A stretch of DNA of 62,050 nt, the filler included. It is 8 parts of 8 records of this genome, joined end to end, with 100 filler letters (N's around TTAATTAATTAA, not from the genome) between each part and the next. Parts side by side here need not be neighbours in the genome. Positions count along the whole stretch, not along the records: positions 5,595 to 14,715 come from SRR31147125_36090; positions 14,816 to 25,957 come from SRR31147125_36107; 6 more parts are not named here. One strand, given 5' to 3'. A program made the position numbers and the translations under genes. This document shows, one piece after another, positions 10,177 to 19,861 of the stretch (positions are counted from its first letter, which is position 1; every line of letters begins with the position of its first letter). Below the pieces are notes generated by a model. That model saw only the letters and a list, made by a program, of their open reading frames with translations. It searched no databases and was not told where the DNA came from.

Positions 10177-11241
10177 TTGAAAAAAGATAAATCCGATGAG
10201 ATTTTGAACTGGAATAAGGCGGATATTGAAAGGCGATTTGGATTACCGTCCGGTGGATTCACCACCCCCGGGTGGATAGGCCCCATCATATCGGGAGGAC
10301 TTTTGGCCGGGGCGTTTTGGGTGCTTTTGCTGGGATTGGGACTGATGCCGCAATTAAGTCATCTGTTTGGGCAGGGGTATGAACTTTATCCCATCTCTTT
10401 TTTGACCACAACAGCCATGGTCTTTCTCCTGATTAAGTGGGTAAAGATTCGACTTCAGACAAAGCCCCTCAAACTAAAACCGTTCAACGACTTGATCGCG
10501 TTTTTAAGTAATTGGGATGAGCTGACACCGGAACACGCCAAAGATATCGTGACGGGCATGAGGAAACTGGTGGATGATCCGGATCGATTTATGCTGTTCA
10601 GCCGGATTAAAGAAGCGCTTTCCACATTCAGATTTGTCGGTGTGCCCGAAGACGTTGCAAAAGTGTTGAGAAGCAAATCTGCTGAAGATGCAAAACAGGT
10701 CGATTCCGGATATCTAGTGGTCACCATGGTCATATGGTTGATTCCACTGTTGGGCGTTTCCGGAACAGTTTGGAACTTGTATCTGGGATTTGTTGAAGCA
10801 GGGCTGTTAGGTAATTCCGGTGGGAGTTCCGTATTTTTGGCGCAATCCGGGCAATCGGATGTGATGGATCTTGTTCCGCTTTTTTTATTGAGTTTGGAGG
10901 TGCCGTTTGCCGGAATGGCGGTGGCATTGACGCTTTCATTGCTCATTCAAATTGCGGTAAGCGCTCTGAAAAAGAGAGATTTCATGTTGTTGGATGCCTG
11001 TGATGAGTACTGCTATTTGCATATTACCCAGGGAATTCAGCTCTCATTCGGGGATCGTTTGGAACAGATACGATTTCGAGTGACAAGACGAAGGTCGCCC
11101 AAGGCATTGGATCGACTATGGAAAAGCCTGGAGAATGATGATGTCATGGATGACGAAGAGGCCAGAGATCATCTTTGGCAAAGCTTTGAAAAAGCCCGGA
11201 AAAAGTGTCATCCAGGCGGACGGGCCGATGGATCGGTTTAA
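10177..11241 (+). CDS. MotA/TolQ/ExbB-like membrane protein (degenerate); possibly the N-terminal part of a fusion with 11205-13376
   Basis: Four hydrophobic segments. IWLIPLLGVSGTV resembles the family motif PxLGxxGTV. Confidence 0.65.
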   Translation: MKKDKSDEILNWNKADIERRFGLPSGGFTTPGWIGPIISGGLLAGAFWVLLLGLGLMPQLSHLFGQGYELYPISFLTTTAMVFLLIKWVKIRLQTKPLKLKPFNDLIAFLSNWDELTPEHAKDIVTGMRKLVDDPDRFMLFSRIKEALSTFRFVGVPEDVAKVLRSKSAEDAKQVDSGYLVVTMVIWLIPLLGVSGTVWNLYLGFVEAGLLGNSGGSSVFLAQSGQSDVMDLVPLFLLSLEVPFAGMAVALTLSLLIQIAVSALKKRDFMLLDACDEYCYLHITQGIQLSFGDRLEQIRFRVTRRRSPKALDRLWKSLENDDVMDDEEARDHLWQSFEKARKKCHPGGRADGSV

Positions 11242-13376
11242 CCTTTGTGTTTGTGTTGGTTGTAGTGAGCTCCGGGGCGTCTTATCGGTTGGGGCAATTA
11301 AGCACGGATAAAAGTGAGATAACCCATCAACTCATGCAAGCATTTCAAGCAAACGACTTTTCTCGAATCAGAAAGTTACAAAATGAGATAGAGGCTCAAT
11401 ATGCGTCTCTTTTTTCTGCAATTGAGATGGCGCATTATCGATCGAAAACAAATCAGTTGGAAGCAGGATTGACAGTGCAGAGTAATGCGTTTTACGATGC
11501 CATCCAAAAGCTGGAAGAGATCAAAAATGATCAATTTCAATCGCAATCAGATCCGGAAACCATTGAGACGTTGCTCAACGATGCCAACGCCCATTTAAAA
11601 GTGGCTGAACTTCTTTTTTACAGCCGGGGTAACCCATCAACCGCTACGGCAACAAGTGAAAAGGTAAAACACAACAACCATGCGCAAACCGTTTCAGCCT
11701 CATCTCCTCAACAGCGGTATTCAGATATTGTGACAGCCTGGGAAGAAAAAAAATTCGGTGTCACATCGGAGTCCAAAACTCGAATAACAAATATTTTGGA
11801 ACGTTTAAAGCGTTCGTTTCAGGTGATGGGAGATCCCACCTCACCGGATTTGTCATCCGGAGAAGAGCAGCTGCAACGCATTTCTTCTCTTATTTTTGAA
11901 GGTGCTGCAATCGACAATGTCACACCGGATATGAAAGACGAACTTGAAGCGTTTCGACCTCGTTTGAAATCTCTATTGGAAATTTGGAACAAAAGAAGAG
12001 ATACGCTTTCGTCTCTGTCCAACAGTGAAACATTAGATGGGTATTTTAATAAGCTCGAAGGGTTTCGGCAGACCTTTCCCAATGATGGTGTGAGTGACGC
12101 CATCACCGGAGTTCAAGCACAACTTTATCTTTATCGTCAATTTATTACTGTACCTGAGTTGTCAAAAGAGATTATGTCAAAGCGGAAAGCCGGGGGGGAT
12201 ATTGGAGAGAAATCAGAATCGAAAACAAAAATGGATAAAACGGAAAAGAGTGGTGCCGGCGGAGCGGATGGTAAAAAATCGGGACACAATAATAAGGCTG
12301 ACGGTGCGAAAGGAAAACAGAAAAAGGAGATCGAGTCGGAAAATTTTGATGAAAAAGCGCCGGAAAATTTATTTTGGCAGAAAATAGTCAATGAAAACAG
12401 AATTTTTGAATCTCATTTTGCCCGCTATTTACCGGAAGCGATGGAGAACATCAAACGGATTGAGCAGATTCATTTTTTTACAAATTTATGGGAGTGTACG
12501 GTCAAGAAACCCAATCAGGATCCTGAAACCTGGTATTTTATGGGAAAGCCCACCCAAACATTCATCCGTGGAGTCAAATCTTATGCCGGAGGGGCCTATG
12601 CACCGGCCATGACGGATCTTCAGCCGAAGTTTTCCGAAATGCACGTAGTCACCGTCCATGTTGAAGAGATGAAACCATCGCCCCATTGTCAGTTGGTCAA
12701 GGAGATGATGGGACGTATCGCTGATGACCCGAGTTTGGAACGACTACTGAAAGAGATGCATCAATTCAATAGCCACCCCCTTTCACCCATCTTGAAGTTG
12801 GATGTGTTGAAATATTTCGTAAAACCGTTGACTTTGATGGCCGGTCGGGAACATGCTGAGGAATTGGGAGAATTGGCAGATCTTTTTGAAAAGTCGACCC
12901 TTAAACATCATTGGCTTTGTAACCGACATCCCAAATATGAAGAAGAGAGCGGAAAAGCAACGGCCATTGTCAATGATATTTTGGCTAAATCAAATGGGGT
13001 CGGAGATTACATGCTCAAGATGAAGCTGGGTACCATTTCTTTGGATCGATTCCCGAGGTGGATCGGGTATGTCGACTTGGAAAACTCAGGCAAACTTCAT
13101 TTCAAATCCGGGGAAAGGCCCAAAGAAGTTTGGGTGCTTCGTGACGCTTCTCCCCCTCAAGTTCTGGTCGCTAAAGAGTCTCTCTCCGGGGAGGCAATGA
13201 TGAGCTATTCAGATCATGGCGCATATCTGCCTGGGGAACCTCTTTTTGCACCTGGGGGGGAGAAGACCACTTGGGAGGTAATTGACGATTTGGCTGCAGA
13301 CCTCCGGGAAATTCCGGGACGGCGGGATGGGAGTTGGCCTTTGGGCTGGCCGGTCAATGCCAGGTTTGAAAATTAA
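11205..13376 (+). CDS. Large hypothetical protein with one N-terminal TM helix, helical/coiled-coil body and a K/G/E-rich linker
   Basis: 723-aa ORF; TM WIGLTFVFVLVVVSS; weak GTG start overlapping the upstream ORF at an A5 run. Confidence 0.75.
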   Translation: MSSRRTGRWIGLTFVFVLVVVSSGASYRLGQLSTDKSEITHQLMQAFQANDFSRIRKLQNEIEAQYASLFSAIEMAHYRSKTNQLEAGLTVQSNAFYDAIQKLEEIKNDQFQSQSDPETIETLLNDANAHLKVAELLFYSRGNPSTATATSEKVKHNNHAQTVSASSPQQRYSDIVTAWEEKKFGVTSESKTRITNILERLKRSFQVMGDPTSPDLSSGEEQLQRISSLIFEGAAIDNVTPDMKDELEAFRPRLKSLLEIWNKRRDTLSSLSNSETLDGYFNKLEGFRQTFPNDGVSDAITGVQAQLYLYRQFITVPELSKEIMSKRKAGGDIGEKSESKTKMDKTEKSGAGGADGKKSGHNNKADGAKGKQKKEIESENFDEKAPENLFWQKIVNENRIFESHFARYLPEAMENIKRIEQIHFFTNLWECTVKKPNQDPETWYFMGKPTQTFIRGVKSYAGGAYAPAMTDLQPKFSEMHVVTVHVEEMKPSPHCQLVKEMMGRIADDPSLERLLKEMHQFNSHPLSPILKLDVLKYFVKPLTLMAGREHAEELGELADLFEKSTLKHHWLCNRHPKYEEESGKATAIVNDILAKSNGVGDYMLKMKLGTISLDRFPRWIGYVDLENSGKLHFKSGERPKEVWVLRDASPPQVLVAKESLSGEAMMSYSDHGAYLPGEPLFAPGGEKTTWEVIDDLAADLREIPGRRDGSWPLGWPVNARFEN

Positions 13377-13556
13377 CGAGTCTCTGTAGAATTGAGTCCG
13401 GAGTCAAGAGAAAATTGTGATTTTTTCTTTGTAAGTGCTCGACTTTATTGATTCTGGAAAAATTTTTAGAAAAATGCATGTATTCTACACGCTCAACGGG
13501 CTTTGACTGTGATATTTTTAATATCAAAATATCGTTAAATAGAGAGGGAGAAGAAA

Positions 13557-14306
13557 ATGAAATCAATACCTGTCAGTATTGAGGTTGGAAGTGGGGATAC
13601 GGTTTCCGCTATTGTGTGTGCACCGGATCATCTTCAAACGGATCAGCCAACCGGTCTCATCTTTGCCCATGGGGCTGCCAATGATTTGAATCATCCTTTG
13701 ATCAAGTTTGTTGCCGAAGGGCTGGCGGAAAAGGGATTCATCACATTACGGTTCAATTTCCTCTATAGAGAAAAAGGAAAACAAACGCCCGATTCCCAGG
13801 GCACGTTGGTTGGAACATGGAAAAGTGCCTACCGATTTTTCGAAAATATTGATCTCGATAAACTCTATGGTTATCAAGAAACGGAAATATCACTGCGGAG
13901 GAATCAGTCCATCATACCTTTCGAAAAATTCAAAAATATCGTTGCCGTCGGCAAATCTTTGGGAGGACGGATCGTTTCTCAAATGGTTTCCGAAGGGACG
14001 ATTTCACCCGATAAATTGATCTTTTTAGGCTATCCTCTCCATGCGCCCGGAAAGAAAGACTCGCTCCGGGATGCCCATCTTTACTCCATCGGCAACCCTA
14101 TTCTCTATTTTGCAGGAACAAAAGATCCATTTTGTGATCTTGATCTTCTGAAAGGTGTTCTCCAGCGACTGACTTGTCCATGGGATTTGGATATTGTTGA
14201 TGGGGGGGATCACTCATTCAAGCTCCCGAAAAGTGATCCAAGAGAAGAAACCGATGTTTACAATGATGTGTTGAACAAGACCGTGGCGTGGCTTGAAACT
14301 CAATAA
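13557..14306 (+). CDS. Alpha/beta hydrolase (Abhydrolase_11/KANSL3-like)
   Basis: AHGA, nucleophile elbow GKSLGGR, LGYPLH, GTKDPF, GGDHSF. GGAG RBS. Confidence 0.88.
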   Translation: MKSIPVSIEVGSGDTVSAIVCAPDHLQTDQPTGLIFAHGAANDLNHPLIKFVAEGLAEKGFITLRFNFLYREKGKQTPDSQGTLVGTWKSAYRFFENIDLDKLYGYQETEISLRRNQSIIPFEKFKNIVAVGKSLGGRIVSQMVSEGTISPDKLIFLGYPLHAPGKKDSLRDAHLYSIGNPILYFAGTKDPFCDLDLLKGVLQRLTCPWDLDIVDGGDHSFKLPKSDPREETDVYNDVLNKTVAWLETQ

Positions 14307-14349
14307 CAATCGTCAATTGGAGACGAAGTTTCCAGAGAGTAAGGAGTTG

Positions 14350-14715
14350 ATGATGACATCCAACGGCAAAGCGTTATTTTATTCCATATTGGTAATCTTA
14401 TTTTGTTTTATTTTTATTATCAAAATTTCAGCGGCGGATGATGAACAGTCGAGATATGATACGTTGAAACAGGTGAAAACCTGGATGTATCAGATTCAGG
14501 GACTGGATGAAGCGGGTGCCGTGGAAGTTTTGGCTGCCACGGAGTACGATATGTTGGTGCTTGAACCGGGGCATAATTTCAATGATTTTAATTATGAAAC
14601 AGATCGGATGATCGCATCCCTTCGATACACGCCATCAGGGAAACGGCGGCTGATTATTGCTTACATCGATATTGGTCAGGCTGAAGAGTACAGGGATTAC
14701 TGGGGGGAAGACTGG
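14350..14715 (+). CDS. GH114-like (MJ1477/TM1410; endo-alpha-1,4-polygalactosaminidase) glycoside hydrolase, 3'-truncated
   Basis: Signal/TM segment, WMYQIQ, YDMLVLE, IAYIDIGQAEEYRDYW. AAGGAG RBS. Confidence 0.75.
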
Positions 14716-14815
14716 NNNNNNNNNNNNNNNNNNNNNNNNNNNNNNNNNNNNNNNNNNNNTTAATTAATTAANNNNNNNNNNNNNNNNNNNNNNNNNNNNN
14801 NNNNNNNNNNNNNNN
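14716..14815. other. Artificial contig spacer
   Basis: N44-TTAATTAATTAA-N44. Confidence 0.99.
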
Positions 14816-15157
14816 AAAAAAGTATATCCTGTCTGCCATGTTCTGCATGTACTGCGGCCATGGACAGGGCCCGCAAGGACAGGCTGCTGGTGGTGATTCT
14901 TGCCTTTCTGGCCCTGGGATTCCTGGTCCGGGGAGAATGGGAGCGATAGGCAAATGGCAAGGGTGTTCTTATCCCTCCAGACCAGGGTCAGATCAACCCA
15001 GTCCGCCCTTATTTGATCTCATTTTTCTCAACCGGGTTTATTTTCTTCGGCTTTGGTCTGCCGCCCCTAAATTGGCCCGGCCTGCCCCCTGGCGGATACA
15101 AAAACTGATATTACAGCATACCGTGCATGTGAATAAAGCACCATATAACCAAGGTAG

Positions 15158-15173
15158 TGGCCGGATATTTGCA
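15158..15173 (+). promoter_or_regulatory. Candidate sigma-54 (-24/-12) promoter upstream of the GNAT gene
   Basis: TGGCCGGATATTTGCA = GG-N10-GC with TGGC/TTGCA ends, about 200 bp upstream of ATG 15371. Confidence 0.4.
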
Positions 15174-15370
15174 TAATATTCATATTTCAAACCATGCTGC
15201 CAACTTTTTTACATGACAGCGAAGAAGGCCATCAAGTGGAAGCGTATTTTTCCCTGCTTGAGCCAGAGGCAGAAATCGTGGTATGTTTAAACCTTCATGC
15301 CCGGATATTATTAACGAAAACGGGTTAAATCATTTTCTCGTAGTCTTAAAATTGAAAGAACAGGTTTTTA

Positions 15371-15970
15371 ATGAAACAAATCCGCCTTGCCACCACTGAA
15401 GATTCCCAGGACATATCCAAACTGAGGATCGGTGAGTTCAACCGGGCCAAAGACTTTGCCCTGCTTATTCCCCAGCGCCTGAAGTGGTGCCGGACCGATG
15501 AATCCAACCATGTGCTTGGGATCTGGAACAAGAAAAATCAGGTAGTGGCCACCTTGCGCATTATGCCGGTTAATGACAGGGAGAAGGCGGCAGCGGTTAT
15601 TGAAGCCGATGTCCCTGATAGTGTGGGCTTTCCCGCATATGTATTCAACAGTGCCGCCACAAGGAAGGATTATAGGAAAAAGGGACTGAATCAACTCCTG
15701 CGATACTACGCCATCAGTTCAGCCAAAGCATCCGGGATCCTAAACCTTTTGAGCCCAGTGTACCAAAGCGCTCCCCGGATTAATTTCATGAAAGAACTGG
15801 GATACGCCTGCAATGAGATGACCCGGTCATGGCAAACCAAGCTTGCCCCCAAAAGCCCCAGAATGCTCTGTGTTCTGGAGGCGGACAAGTTCAGCCGGGC
15901 CCTTGATATCATCCGCCGCTCCATTCCGGAGCTTCTTGCTGAATACCCCTGGCAGGGCCCCACTATTTAG
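15371..15970 (+). CDS. GNAT-fold acyltransferase (FeeM/LuxI-like N-terminal pattern)
   Basis: Acyl-CoA motif AATRKDYRKKGL, FMKELGY; KLRIGEF...D..NHVLGIW...VVATLRI. Confidence 0.7.
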   Translation: MKQIRLATTEDSQDISKLRIGEFNRAKDFALLIPQRLKWCRTDESNHVLGIWNKKNQVVATLRIMPVNDREKAAAVIEADVPDSVGFPAYVFNSAATRKDYRKKGLNQLLRYYAISSAKASGILNLLSPVYQSAPRINFMKELGYACNEMTRSWQTKLAPKSPRMLCVLEADKFSRALDIIRRSIPELLAEYPWQGPTI

Positions 15971-16985
15971 AGGGGGTTGCCGGCGCCATCTCCCGATAGA
16001 TATTATCTGCAGCCCCCAGAATATCAATGGTGGGATTATAGCCAACAATGGTGGCGGCCTCAATGTTCAGAGAAAAGGAAAACTCCTTGCCCACATCCAT
16101 GGGCAGGGTGGCAAGTTCCGTTCCGTTAAGAACCTTAACGGCATACTCGGCACACTGGGAACCGAACTTTTCCTTGTGCCGCCCGATACCGATGACCAGG
16201 CCTTTTCTGATATAAATGGGCCCTCCTGCACTGGGCAGGCTGTGCCGTTTAAAACAGTCAAAAAACAGGTCAAAATGCTTGTAAAAGGTATTTGAAATCT
16301 GGACATAGAATACATCCACCTTAGGGGCCACCGCGTTAAGGGCCTCTTGAATATTTTTCCGGATGACCTCTTTGGAATACCGCTTTTTATTCTCATCCCT
16401 CAGGGCAAACCCCTGTGAAACAAATTTAAACCCGGCCTTTTGGCTCAGTTCAGTCACCCTTGCCACGGCGCCCTCGTGGCTGGGTGAGCCTTTAAGATAA
16501 ACCATTCCAATGCTTTTAAAATTGATGAGTTCATGGAGCAGATTAATGCCGATACTCACATAGTTTCGGGTTTCCACACCGGTGTAGTTGCTGCCGGAAC
16601 TCTTCCAGTCGGTTACAATCCCCGAGGTTTCGGGGGCACCAACGTCTGTGAATATGATGGGGGTATCTTTAACCTGCCGAATCATCCGCTGGGTGGACTG
16701 GGTGCCGACGCTAAAGATCAAATCAATGTCGGTGCGATCCTTTAATTCATCGATAAAGGTATCCAAAGCCTTTAGGTCACCTTCTGCATTATAATATTCC
16801 AGAGTTGTCCGGTCCGAAATGTCAGACTGCTTTATTCCGGTAACAAATCCCTTGAGGGATTGTTCAAAGGGAAGAAATGTCTGGTGCCTCACCGTCATTA
16901 TCCGGTATCTTTCCTTGGCTGTGGCCAGGGTGGAAAACAACACCAGAACCACAACCGCTGCCACAATATACTTTGTTTTTTTCAT
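15963..16985 (-). CDS. ABC-type substrate-binding protein (ABC_sub_bind-like), no ATPase or permease nearby
   Basis: Signal peptide, YNAEGD, DLIFSVGTQS, PIIFTDVGAP, NYTGV, KVLNG...LP...LNIEAA. Confidence 0.85.
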   Translation of the reverse strand: MKKTKYIVAAVVVLVLFSTLATAKERYRIMTVRHQTFLPFEQSLKGFVTGIKQSDISDRTTLEYYNAEGDLKALDTFIDELKDRTDIDLIFSVGTQSTQRMIRQVKDTPIIFTDVGAPETSGIVTDWKSSGSNYTGVETRNYVSIGINLLHELINFKSIGMVYLKGSPSHEGAVARVTELSQKAGFKFVSQGFALRDENKKRYSKEVIRKNIQEALNAVAPKVDVFYVQISNTFYKHFDLFFDCFKRHSLPSAGGPIYIRKGLVIGIGRHKEKFGSQCAEYAVKVLNGTELATLPMDVGKEFSFSLNIEAATIVGYNPTIDILGAADNIYREMAPATPSK

Positions 16986-17033
16986 ACCTTGATTCCCGCA
17001 GTTTCCCTTATCTCAGATCTTAAATTAATGATC

Positions 17034-19046
17034 TTAGGTTAATGATTTTGGGTTATAAAAAATTAAAAATATCAGGTTCCCGGCAATACACAATGCCCCG
17101 CCCATGACAATGGCCGTTGTAATTCCGTAAAGGGAGGCAAAAAATCCAAAGAAAACCGGTCCCAGACTGCTGCCGATGCGCTCAAAGGAAAAATACACAG
17201 ACAGGGCGGTACGGCTGCCAATGGTCTTAGCGGTCCGGGTTTCAATCAAAAGGCTGGACTGGGCCGGGAAGGTAATGCTGTTGGAAATGCCCAGCACCAA
17301 AAGGGAGAGGATAACAAACAGGGCCTTTGCCCACACCGGCCCTCCTGCAAACAGGTAAAACAACATCAGCACCACCCCCACGAGGATATTGGATCCCACC
17401 ACCGAGGTTTTACTCTGCTTAATCTGCTTGATCCTCCGATTTAGCATCCCCCCAAACAACACACTTGGAATACTGTAAAACATCATGATCCTTCCGATGT
17501 CTGCGAACACAAAATCCTGTTTCAAAAAAATAGGCACAGCATAGTAGAAAAATCCGATAAAGGTAATCCGGGTAAAAATGCCATGGACAAAGATACAGAT
17601 CAGGTTGACGTCCTTGATACCGTATCTGAAAAACCGGATCAGCCCCCCATCGTTTGCCGCAGCCCCCTCCTCCTTCTGCTGACTGCCGACAACCTTGTCC
17701 GCAAGGATCATATAATCAAACACATAAATTAAAAGAACAATGGCCGCTGCACAGAAAAAACAAACCGGTAAGAAAAATACTCCACCAGAATACTGCCGAT
17801 GATGACACTGCAAAAAAGCCCCCGGAAAAAGACGCCGTAAATCCGGCCAGGTGTGAGGCCCTGTTTTTTTCACTGGCATGTTCAATGATGAACTGCTTGG
17901 TGTAAATAACAATAAAGGAAAACCCCACAGCGCCCAGTACCCGGCCGGCAATGAGCTGGACAATGTCATTGGAAAATCCGCAAAGCACAAGCCCCGCTGC
18001 CGTGCACAAGGTGCCCAGGCCAATGGCGTAATCCATGTTGACCCATCGCTTGAACTGCTGGCTGCCCATAAACAGCATAAAAACAAATACCGTAATCATA
18101 TAGCAGGTAATGGGCAGGGCCATGAGAATTTCCTGGGAGAACAGCCCGGTCAGAAAGGTCCGGGTCTCCAGCAATTCCTTGGAAAACAAAGGCAGAAAAC
18201 TGGCTTGGAGATTGGCACCCAGAAAAAAGAGAAACACCACCGGCCGAATCTGGGAAGGGTCCACAATCTTCTTGGGCACCGTCCGGATATCAATCATCTT
18301 ATCAAGCACCCCATGCTGGTGCCGAATTTGCTTTAAAAATGCCTGCCTGCCGTAAAAGATCCGGGATAAAAAGACCCGGGCCATGCTGTTCAGATCTCCC
18401 TGACCCGGTCCCCCTGCCGGACACGCATCACCACAAGCCCTCGGATCCTTCGGAAAAACAAATGAAACTCCTCGGGGACGGCAAAGGTATGGTAGGGATT
18501 CATGTGCCGGATCATGGAATTAAAGGTCAGCAGGGTTTGTTTAAAGGGAAGCGTCACAAGCTTTGACGAAAAGAATCGGATGATCTCGTAGGTAATGATC
18601 AGCCCGGCGATGACAATGGTGAACAAATCAAATAGCATGGCTGCCGTGCGTTTACCCAGCTCAGGGCTCAGGCCAAGACGGATATGCCCCACGACGCTGT
18701 CTTCTGAGCGAACCGGGATTTCTATGTCCCTTATGGACGGGGCCCCCTCCCCATCGGCGGCGTAGAGGACCTTGTCCCCCTGAATCACCTGGATGCATGA
18801 CAGCTCCGGGGTATCCTCCAGAATAGAGGTCAAAAAAGGAGTCATCCCCCCCAAAGAGGAGATGGAGATACCAAAACCCAGGGCATATTCCAATTCCTTT
18901 TGAATGACCGTCCCAAGTTCTTTAATTTGGGAAACACTCTGCTCCTCATACTCTTGTTTGAACATGGCCACATTGGAGTACATGTACAAAAGATGTGAAA
19001 AACAGACAAAACCGAGAACAATGATTATAAGGCGCTTGCTTTGCAT
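17034..19046 (-). CDS. MFS transporter with fused N-terminal periplasmic sensor-like domain; three frameshifts (near 18400, 17815, 17757)
   Basis: ORFs 18390-19046, 17716-18384 and 17034-17760 join by single-base changes, giving ...GDLNSMARV... and SGGFFCSVIIGSILVEYFSYRFVFFCAAAIVL. MFS motifs LIAGRVLGAVG and FERIGSSLGPV. Confidence 0.75.
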
Positions 19047-19066
19047 ATTAAGGAATCCTCGGGCCT

Positions 19067-19861
19067 TTAACTGGCATTCATGTGTTGCATAAGGTCCTTT
19101 TCCACTCTGACCATTCCATCCTCGCCGTCCTGTGAGGCATCATCCATCTGATCATACAGGTCCTTGTTTTCCAAAGAGAGCCACTCTGCCTTTTTCAATT
19201 TCCGAAAGGTCTGTTCCGCATGATCCAGGGCAGACAGATCAATGCCCTCTTTTTTAAGCGTCTCAACCTCCCCCCGTGCGGCAAGGTCGTTAATCCGGTC
19301 AATATAGGCCTTGTAAGGCCGGTTGATATACCAGGTCAAAAGGCCGTAGAGCAAGGGCAGGGAAAAGGCCAGAATCAACAGGAAGTTAAAAACCGAACTG
19401 CGGATAAGAAAAAGCAGTTTGTCCTTTGTCTCCCGGTAAGAGACCACCATCACCAGATTCCCCCGGATACCCTCCCTGTCTGATAAGGGGATGGAGAGGG
19501 TATAGGATTCCAGATTTTTTTCCCGCTTGAACTTAGGAGACAGTTCAAAGGTGTCTGAGGCGCCCTTTTTCCTGGCCGAGTACACCACCTTGTTGTGGGT
19601 GTCAATGACATGCAGATTATCAATATCAGCGGGAATGATCTTCTTGATCAATTTATCATAGTTGATCTGGGCCAAAGGCTTTCCGAATATGAGCGAGATA
19701 TTGAGCTTCCGCCGGATCTCATTGCCGATAATCCGGTATCGTCTCAGGTTGTTTTCTTCCAAATTGCTGGCAAGGAATCCTATTTCCAGAAAACAGTTCA
19801 GTCCCTGGACAAAGAGGATAATCAAAAAGGTGATAATCATAATCCTGGACCTAAGCTTCAT
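19067..19861 (-). CDS. Two-TM membrane protein with periplasmic sensor-like domain and no recognisable output domain
   Basis: TM - about 140-aa periplasmic region - TM - short cytoplasmic tail. ATG 19861 overlaps the SpoIIE stop. Confidence 0.75.
   Translation of the reverse strand: MKLRSRIMIITFLIILFVQGLNCFLEIGFLASNLEENNLRRYRIIGNEIRRKLNISLIFGKPLAQINYDKLIKKIIPADIDNLHVIDTHNKVVYSARKKGASDTFELSPKFKREKNLESYTLSIPLSDREGIRGNLVMVVSYRETKDKLLFLIRSSVFNFLLILAFSLPLLYGLLTWYINRPYKAYIDRINDLAARGEVETLKKEGIDLSALDHAEQTFRKLKKAEWLSLENKDLYDQMDDASQDGEDGMVRVEKDLMQHMNAS

Noticed and set aside
10177-13376. Zorya anti-phage system
   Set aside because: No OmpA-domain ZorB and no ZorC/D/E-like helicase or nuclease nearby.
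14816-15176. Short ORFs at the start of contig 3
   Set aside because: No frame gives a recognisable protein and the region is truncated.
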